From: an uncultured Ruminococcus sp.
Lineage (GTDB): Bacteria; Bacillota; Clostridia; Oscillospirales; Ruminococcaceae
Length of the DNA stretch: 32,000 nucleotides
Assembly (NCBI GenBank): GCA_910579955.1
Contig: CAJTWE010000002.1
Location: 71,554-103,553, forward strand
Reading direction: 5' to 3'
Shown: piece by piece, positions 25,856-32,000 of the stretch
Position numbering within the stretch: position 1 is the first letter of the stretch
Layout: every line of letters begins with the position of its first letter
Notes under the pieces: generated by a model
The model's input: the letters and a program-made list of their open reading frames with translations, nothing else
What the model was told of the DNA's origin: nothing
Databases searched by the model: none
Program-made: the position numbers and the translations under genes

Positions 25856-28222
25856 TTAATTTGTAATTTTTTGTATCTTTGCAAAGTTAGCCATAAGTTT
25901 TTTTGTACCCACCTTATCAAAGGCAATTTCCATAAGAGAATCATTAGCCATCTTTGTTATAGAAAGAACAGTTCCCTCTCCAAATATATTATGACGAATA
26001 CGTTCACCTATTGAGAAATTTTTCTCACTGGGCATAAGCTTTCGTTTTTCACTTTTAGCAAGCTGTTTCTGCAAAGGCATAGAGCTAAGGTTCTCCACTT
26101 TATTGAGCCCAGATTCAGTACTTAATGCACTGCTTACCTGCTTATCAATAAGTGAAAAATCTATTTCATTTAAAAAACGTGAGCAGGTATTGTTCATCGT
26201 TGAACCAAAAAGCATTCTTCTGTCAGCACTTGTCATATATAAACGCTTCCTTGCTCTTGTTATAGCAACATATGCAAGTCGTCTTTCTTCTTCCAATTCA
26301 GTGGGATCAACTGAATTGATAGAACGTACTCCCGGAAAAACTCCTTCTTCACATCCAACAATAAAAACATTATTAAATTCAAGTCCCTTTGCTGAATGCA
26401 TTGTCATCATAAGAACTACATCCTGCTCAGGTTCATACTTATCTACATCTGTAAAAAGTGCAATTTCTTCCAAAAATCCGTTTAAAGACGGCTCTTCTGC
26501 CTCTTTTGAATATGCTATCATAGAAGATTTAAGTTCCTCGATATTTTCAAGACGTGTTTCGCCGTCTTCACCCAATGATTTTAGATATTCAAGATAACCT
26601 GTTTTATCAAGAAGAAGATCAAGAAACTCATCAAATGGAAGTACATCGGCTTTATCTGTCAATGTATCTATTATAGAAGCAAATTTTTGTAAAGCAGGAA
26701 CTCTTTTTTTCAAAACAGGAAAGCTGTCGGCATCACGCATTACCTTAATAGGTGATATATTAAGATCTCTTGAAATATCATCTATAAGCTGAACTGTAGC
26801 ATCACCAATGCCTCTTTTAGGCTCGTTAACTATACGGTGAAAGCGTAAAGAATCATTCTCGTTATTTATAACACTTAAATATGCCATAATGTCTTTAACT
26901 TCTTTTCGATCATAGAATCGTGTTCCACCGTATATCCTATAAGGTATACCGTTTCTTATAAACGTACGTTCCAATGCATTGGATTGAGCATTCATGCGAT
27001 ATAAAATTGCAAAATCACGATAATAACCACCATCACTCACACCATCAACTATAGACTTAGCAACAAAAGCTGCTTCATCTGTTTCATCAAAAGCACGATA
27101 CCAAGTGATCAAATCGCCTTCTCCCATTTGCGTCCAGAGATGCTTTTCTTTACGTCCAAGATTATTAGAAATAACGCCGTTAGCAGCATTTAAAATAGTC
27201 TGCGTTGAACGATAATTCTGCTCAAGTCTTATGACCTTACTCCCCGCAAATGTACTCTCAAAGCTCAGAATATTTTCAATAGTTGCTCCACGAAAACGAT
27301 AAATACTCTGGTCATCATCACCTACTACACATAGATTATTATATCCGCCTGAAAGAAGTTCGATCAATCTAAATTGAGCATGATTAGTATCCTGATATTC
27401 ATCTACAAGAATATATTTGAAACGATTTCTATAATATTCCAGTTCATCTGGACACTGCTCAAAAAGATGAACTGTTATGTAGATCAAGTCGTCAAAATCC
27501 AGCGCATTTGAAGCTTTAAGACGTCTTTGATATTCCTCATACAAATTGGCTATAACCGATTTTCTATAATCTCTGCCTGCCTCGCTTTTCATATCTTCCG
27601 GAGAGATCATTCTATCCTTAGCAAAGCTTATTTCATTCAATACTGTTTTAGGATTAAATTTCTTTTCAGAAATATCCATATCCTTCATACAATTCTTCAT
27701 AAGACGTTTGCTGTCATCAGAATCATATATAGTAAAATCATGATTATACCCAAGATTTCCAATACTTCTACGAAGAATTCTCACACAAGCGGAATGAAAT
27801 GTGGAAGCGTTTACATCAGCAGCTTCTTCTTCCCCAAGCATATTGGCAAGACGAGCTTTCATTTCCCCTGCTGCCTTATTTGTAAATGTAATTGCAAGAA
27901 TGTTCCACGGACGAATCGGATATACAGCAAGAATATTTCTAAGGCGACTTATATCCTCATTGGCAGTACCATTTATATAAGATTTCAAATATTCTGCATC
28001 ATCTGGAAAAATATTGCCACTGGCTTGATAATAAGCATTGCCAAAGTAAATCATTCCTGCAATTCTGTTTATAATAGCAGTTGTTTTTCCGCTTCCAGCA
28101 CCTGCTAAAACAAGTACAGGTCCTTTTACGCTGAATACTGTTTCACGCTGCGGATTATTCAGCTTTTCAAAATAATGCTCAAGAGCTTTTCTTTTAAGTT
28201 GTATTACTTCATTTTCTGTCAT
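25856..28222 (-). CDS. pcrA: ATP-dependent DNA helicase PcrA (UvrD/Rep superfamily 1)
   Basis: Walker A AGAGSGKT, TFTNKAA.EM, DEYQDTN, GDDDQSIY.FRGA, YRS, VAITRA. The C-terminal tail matches PcrA length (788 aa). Confidence 0.93.
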   Translation of the reverse strand: MTENEVIQLKRKALEHYFEKLNNPQRETVFSVKGPVLVLAGAGSGKTTAIINRIAGMIYFGNAYYQASGNIFPDDAEYLKSYINGTANEDISRLRNILAVYPIRPWNILAITFTNKAAGEMKARLANMLGEEEAADVNASTFHSACVRILRRSIGNLGYNHDFTIYDSDDSKRLMKNCMKDMDISEKKFNPKTVLNEISFAKDRMISPEDMKSEAGRDYRKSVIANLYEEYQRRLKASNALDFDDLIYITVHLFEQCPDELEYYRNRFKYILVDEYQDTNHAQFRLIELLSGGYNNLCVVGDDDQSIYRFRGATIENILSFESTFAGSKVIRLEQNYRSTQTILNAANGVISNNLGRKEKHLWTQMGEGDLITWYRAFDETDEAAFVAKSIVDGVSDGGYYRDFAILYRMNAQSNALERTFIRNGIPYRIYGGTRFYDRKEVKDIMAYLSVINNENDSLRFHRIVNEPKRGIGDATVQLIDDISRDLNISPIKVMRDADSFPVLKKRVPALQKFASIIDTLTDKADVLPFDEFLDLLLDKTGYLEYLKSLGEDGETRLENIEELKSSMIAYSKEAEEPSLNGFLEEIALFTDVDKYEPEQDVVLMMTMHSAKGLEFNNVFIVGCEEGVFPGVRSINSVDPTELEEERRLAYVAITRARKRLYMTSADRRMLFGSTMNNTCSRFLNEIDFSLIDKQVSSALSTESGLNKVENLSSMPLQKQLAKSEKRKLMPSEKNFSIGERIRHNIFGEGTVLSITKMANDSLMEIAFDKVGTKKLMANFAKIQKITN

Positions 28223-28262
28223 TACTTTTACCTCTCACTTATTGCTTTTTGCGATACGTCAC

Positions 28263-29081
28263 TCAATCATCATAACCGTCGAGAAAATGATGACGCTCGT
28301 CATCCAAATGATATGAAATCAAACGTTTCAGATCAACATTCCACACACTTCTGAAAATATGATGTTCTATATCAGGGTTTTTGACTTTAAGCGATTTTAT
28401 AAGCTCCTTTATCTCCTGACGTTTAGTAATATCCTGCATATTATTATCATTTGCTGTAGCGCTGCATGCACAGCGCAAAAATTTTAAGCCATTGCTTTCA
28501 GCCCAATCTATAATCGCAGATTCTCGAACATAATACAAAGGTCTTATTACCTGTATTCCTTTATAATTATTACTGTGCAGCTTAGGCATCATAGTTTGTA
28601 TTTGACCGCCATAAAGCATTCCCATAAGTATAGTTTCTATAACATCATCAAAATGATGCCCCAGTGCAATTTTATTACATCCACGCTCTAAGGCAGCTTT
28701 GTATAAAGCGCCTCTTCTCAATCTGGAACAAAGAAAGCATGGGTTACTTTGTTCGTGTTCTATGGATTTAAATATCTTCGTATCAAATATGTCGAGCGAT
28801 AATCCAAGAGAATTTGCATTATCAAGTATCATTTTAACATTTTCAGGTTTATATCCTGGATTCATACAAAGATATATAATCGAAAAAGATATACCACTTA
28901 TCTTGCTATATTCTTCAATGCACTTTGCAAGTATCATTGAATCTTTACCGCCTGAAATACATACTGCTATTTTATCATCTGGCTTTATCATATCAAATTC
29001 TCTTACGCCCTTTGTAAAACGATTCCAGATAGATTTACGATATGTTGTCATTATGCTATCTATTGCAGTATCCCTGCTCAT
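28263..29081 (-). CDS. PP-loop ATP pyrophosphatase, TtcA-like tRNA thiolation family
   Basis: PP-loop SGGKDS, CFLCSRLRRG (CxxC) plus a distal CAC, consistent with Fe-S ligands of the TtcA family. The exact tRNA target was not determined. Confidence 0.78.
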   Translation of the reverse strand: MSRDTAIDSIMTTYRKSIWNRFTKGVREFDMIKPDDKIAVCISGGKDSMILAKCIEEYSKISGISFSIIYLCMNPGYKPENVKMILDNANSLGLSLDIFDTKIFKSIEHEQSNPCFLCSRLRRGALYKAALERGCNKIALGHHFDDVIETILMGMLYGGQIQTMMPKLHSNNYKGIQVIRPLYYVRESAIIDWAESNGLKFLRCACSATANDNNMQDITKRQEIKELIKSLKVKNPDIEHHIFRSVWNVDLKRLISYHLDDERHHFLDGYDD

Positions 29082-29163
29082 AAGATATACCTCACATTCA
29101 GATTATAATCAAAACCATAAAACAAAGCTTTACTTTTTATATCTACAAATATATAATTTATTG

Positions 29164-29871
29164 TTATTCTATTATTTTAGCATCAAGCTGTATCTTATCT
29201 CTCAATGCATCCATTCTAGAATCAAGCTCTGCACTTAATTCCGCACATAAAAAAAGCTCCTTTGCCACATCATCAGTAAATTCAATATTCTTTTTATACC
29301 TGAGTTGATGTTCAAGAGTGGCCCAAAAATCCATCGCAATAGTTCTAAGCTGTATTTCTACTTTCATTATACGCTTTTCATGTGCAAGAAAAATTGGTAC
29401 AGTCACAATAAGATGCAAGCTGCGATATCCATTAGATTTAGGATTTTTTATGTAGTCCTTTTTAGCAATCAAATTAATATCATCCTGCTTTACAAATGCA
29501 TCAGCAAGCATATAGACATCGTCAGGAAAAGAACATACTACACGTATTCCTGCAACGTCATTAAGATTATTTTCTATAGAATCCAGTGTAAACGGATGTC
29601 CGTTCTTTTCAAGCTTTTCTTTCATGCTGGAAATCTTTTTCAAACGACTTTTTATGTTACTTATGGGATTTCGATCATATTGAAGTGAGAATTCCTCGTT
29701 GAGCACATTAAATTTTGTAGATATTTCCATAATTGCACAACGATAATATGCCATAAGTTTCTGATAATTATGAAACAATGAATCACGACTTCGATCTGAT
29801 TCACTTCTAAAAAAATCATCTATATCTTCAACACTTATTGAATTGTATTTATTTTTATTATCATTTATCAT
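29164..29871 (-). CDS. Small alarmone synthetase, second paralogue (RelP/RelQ type)
   Basis: Motifs DVAGIRVVCSFPDDVY, DYIKNPKSNGYRSLHLIV, EIQLRTIAMDFWATLEHQLRYKK. The true start is the ATG at 29871 (AAGGAG RBS 10 nt upstream). The ORF-track start at 29922 lies in the -35 box of its own promoter. Confidence 0.88.
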   Translation of the reverse strand: MINDNKNKYNSISVEDIDDFFRSESDRSRDSLFHNYQKLMAYYRCAIMEISTKFNVLNEEFSLQYDRNPISNIKSRLKKISSMKEKLEKNGHPFTLDSIENNLNDVAGIRVVCSFPDDVYMLADAFVKQDDINLIAKKDYIKNPKSNGYRSLHLIVTVPIFLAHEKRIMKVEIQLRTIAMDFWATLEHQLRYKKNIEFTDDVAKELFLCAELSAELDSRMDALRDKIQLDAKIIE

Positions 29872-29893
29872 TTTTAACCAGCTCCTTATTTGT

Positions 29894-29922
29894 ATTATAC
29901 AACATATTCTAAGTATTTGCAA
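29894..29922 (-). promoter_or_regulatory. Sigma-A type promoter for SAS2 (and possibly the downstream ttcA-pcrA genes)
   Basis: Minus strand TTGCAA (29922-29917), 17-nt spacer, TATAAT (29899-29894). Confidence 0.6.
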
Positions 29923-30031
29923 CAGCTTCTTACAAAAATAAAAAAACTATATTTTTGACGTGCAAAATAGTTTTTTCTGTACATAATATTATCATACTCA
30001 ATAATCATCAAATCAGAAAAGAGGTAGCCTT

Positions 30032-32000
30032 ATGAAAAGAAGCAAAAAAACAATGGACGGTAATCAAGCGGCCGCTCATGTTGCATATGCATATACTGAA
30101 GCAGCAGCAATATATCCTATAACTCCATCTTCTGGAATGGCAGAATATGTCGATGAATGGTCAGCAGCAGGAAAAGAAAATATTTTTGGTCAGACGGTAA
30201 AAATAGTTGAAATGCAATCAGAAGCAGGTGCAGCAGGAGCTGTACACGGGTCATTGATAGCAGGAGCTTTAACATCTACTTTTACAGCTTCTCAAGGATT
30301 GCTTCTTATGCTGCCAAATATCTATCGTATAGCAGGCGAAATGCTCCCTGGAGTTTTTCATGTTGCTGCAAGAACTATTGCAACCCATGCCCTCTCTATA
30401 TTTGGAGATCATTCTGATATTTACGCCTGTCGTCAAACAGGAGCGTCTATGCTTTGTTCGTGCAGCGTACAAGAGACAATGGATCTTGCTCCTGTAGCAC
30501 ATATCTCAGCCTTAAAAGGAAGATTGCCTGTAATTCACTTTTTTGACGGATTTCGTACTTCTCATGAAATGCAAAAAATCAATGTCTGGGACTACGACGA
30601 GCTTCATGATTTTATGGATATTGAATCATTAAGAAAGTTTCGCAGTGATTCACTAAATCCTATGCATGCAAAAATTATGGGTTCTGCCCAAAATCCTGAT
30701 ATTTACTTTCAAAACAGAGAAGCATCTAATATTTGTTATCAAAATTTCGCCAATATTGTACGTGATTCCATGAATAAGATAAACGTTTCCATAGGCACAG
30801 ATTATGATTTGTTCAACTACTATGGCTCAAGCAATGCTGAACATATAATTGTTGCAATGGGTTCTGTTTGTGAAACAGCACATGAGACAATAGCTTATCT
30901 TAATAAAAGAGGCGAAAGATTTGGTCTTATTAAAGTAAGATTATACAGACCTTTCTGCGTTGAATGTTTTATTGAAAAAATTCCTGAATCTGTAAAACAG
31001 ATAACGGTTCTTGATCGTACAAAAGAACCCGGAGCTGTGGGAGAGCCACTCTATCTGGACATTACTGCCGCACTTCAAGGGACTAAATTTGCAAATGTAC
31101 CAATATATTCAGGCAGATATGGCTTAAGCTCAAAGGATACAACACCATCTCAGATAGCAGCAGTTCTATACAATAATAAAAAGAAAAAATTCACCATAGG
31201 AATTTACGATGACGTGACAAACCTCTCTCTAATTGATACGTACAACATCGAGCCTTTAAATAGCGATATTTTTCAGTGTAAATTCTGGGGGCTCGGCGGC
31301 GACGGAACAGTCAGTGCAAATAAATCGTCTGTAAAAATTATTGGCGATAATACCGATATGCAAGTACAGGCATATTTTGAATATGATTCAAAAAAATCAC
31401 GTGGACTTACTATTTCTCATCTTAGATTTGGAAAAAGTTCGATCCATGCTCCTTATCTTGTAAAAAAAGCCGATTTTGCAGCATGCCATAATCCTGTATA
31501 TATGCATAAATTCAGGATTGTTGAAGAAATAAAAGACGAGGGTATATTTCTTCTTAACTGTGCTTTTAAAGAAGATGAACTAAGTGAATTTCTACCCGGA
31601 ACAGTTAAGAAATATATTGCAGAGCATAATATAAGATTTTTTGTAATAGATGCGCTCGCTATAGGCAAAAAAGTAGGACTTAACAGTAAGATAAGTACTA
31701 TTTTACAAGCTGCGTTTTTTAAGCTAACAGGAATGCTGCCAAAACATGAAGCTAAAAAGCTTATGAAAGAAGCTGCTAAAAAAGCGTACGGCAAAAAAGG
31801 CGACAAAATCGTTGAAATGAATTACAAAGCAATTGATATGGGAATGGATTTGGTAAAAGAAATACGTGTTCCCGAATCGTGGAAAAATGCCGAAGTCATT
31901 CCGCTTAATGAAAAACTTTTGCCGGACAAACCAGATATTATCCGTTTTGTTGAGAACATTCAAAAGCCAGTAACAATGCAACGTGGAAACGAGCTGCCTG
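30032..32000 (+). CDS. nifJ: Pyruvate:ferredoxin (flavodoxin) oxidoreductase, 5' partial (first ~656 codons)
   Basis: I translated it by hand from the ATG at 30032 (AGAGGT RBS) and found no stop to the window end. Motifs GN.AAAHVAYA..E.AAIYPITPSS, EMQSEAGAAGAVHG, TASQGLLLM.PN, FFDGFRTSHE.QKI, FWGLG.DGTV.ANK. It is missing from the ORF track because it has no stop in the window. Confidence 0.93.
   Translation, partial: MKRSKKTMDGNQAAAHVAYAYTEAAAIYPITPSSGMAEYVDEWSAAGKENIFGQTVKIVEMQSEAGAAGAVHGSLIAGALTSTFTASQGLLLMLPNIYRIAGEMLPGVFHVAARTIATHALSIFGDHSDIYACRQTGASMLCSCSVQETMDLAPVAHISALKGRLPVIHFFDGFRTSHEMQKINVWDYDELHDFMDIESLRKFRSDSLNPMHAKIMGSAQNPDIYFQNREASNICYQNFANIVRDSMNKINVSIGTDYDLFNYYGSSNAEHIIVAMGSVCETAHETIAYLNKRGERFGLIKVRLYRPFCVECFIEKIPESVKQITVLDRTKEPGAVGEPLYLDITAALQGTKFANVPIYSGRYGLSSKDTTPSQIAAVLYNNKKKKFTIGIYDDVTNLSLIDTYNIEPLNSDIFQCKFWGLGGDGTVSANKSSVKIIGDNTDMQVQAYFEYDSKKSRGLTISHLRFGKSSIHAPYLVKKADFAACHNPVYMHKFRIVEEIKDEGIFLLNCAFKEDELSEFLPGTVKKYIAEHNIRFFVIDALAIGKKVGLNSKISTILQAAFFKLTGMLPKHEAKKLMKEAAKKAYGKKGDKIVEMNYKAIDMGMDLVKEIRVPESWKNAEVIPLNEKLLPDKPDIIRFVENIQKPVTMQRGNELP

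Noticed and set aside
26103-29238. Long antisense ORFs opposite pcrA and the ttcA-like gene (26103-26597, 27527-28108, 28699-29238).
   Set aside because: They are shadow ORFs of strongly supported genes. They have skewed composition and no RBS or domain signature.
29872-29922. The ORF-track 5' extension of SAS2 (MQILRICCIIQIRSWLK...).
   Set aside because: The extension overlaps the predicted -35 and -10 promoter elements (29894-29922). The ATG at 29871 has an AAGGAG RBS at proper spacing.
30269-31981. Minus-strand ORFs 30269-30502, 31453-31806 and 31724-31981. These are the only track entries in this region.
   Set aside because: The + strand carries an uninterrupted PFOR (nifJ) reading frame from 30032 to the window end with textbook motifs. 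The minus-strand ORFs are its shadows.
1-32000. A search for CRISPR arrays, tRNA or rRNA genes, IS elements or transposases, prophage genes and known defence-system components.
   Set aside because: By eye I found no spaced direct-repeat arrays, tRNA-like T-arm/acceptor patterns, transposase motifs or defence-type nuclease/ATPase genes. The only recombinase is the Xer-like gene, and it has no cargo.

Overview
Low-GC Firmicutes chromosome, Clostridia-like and possibly a Ruminococcus relative (judged from Thr-rich linkers and a dockerin-like motif; low confidence). The window is mostly core housekeeping. It holds three aminoacyl-tRNA synthetase loci: pheST and valS-folC, each behind a T-box leader, and a MetRS-family gene with no leader. 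It also holds pyk, pcrA, a ttcA-like PP-loop gene, nnrD, and a 5' partial PFOR (nifJ) gene that is absent from the ORF track because it runs off the window end. The accessory or poorly understood content is:
- a secreted GH25 muramidase tightly coupled to a class B sortase
- two small alarmone synthetase paralogues
- a lone Xer-like tyrosine recombinase
- a tight four-gene operon of conserved proteins of unknown physiology (ACT/UPF0237, DUF711/UPF0210, HI0933-type flavoprotein, COG2509 FAD protein).
I found no CRISPR array, tRNA, rRNA, IS element or recognisable defence system. The most unusual items are the MetRS-family protein, which has a degenerate KMSKS loop (KASSS) and substituted methionine-pocket residues, the four-gene unknown-function operon, and the muramidase-sortase cassette with poly-Thr stalks. 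All calls come from by-eye motif recognition; no searches were run.
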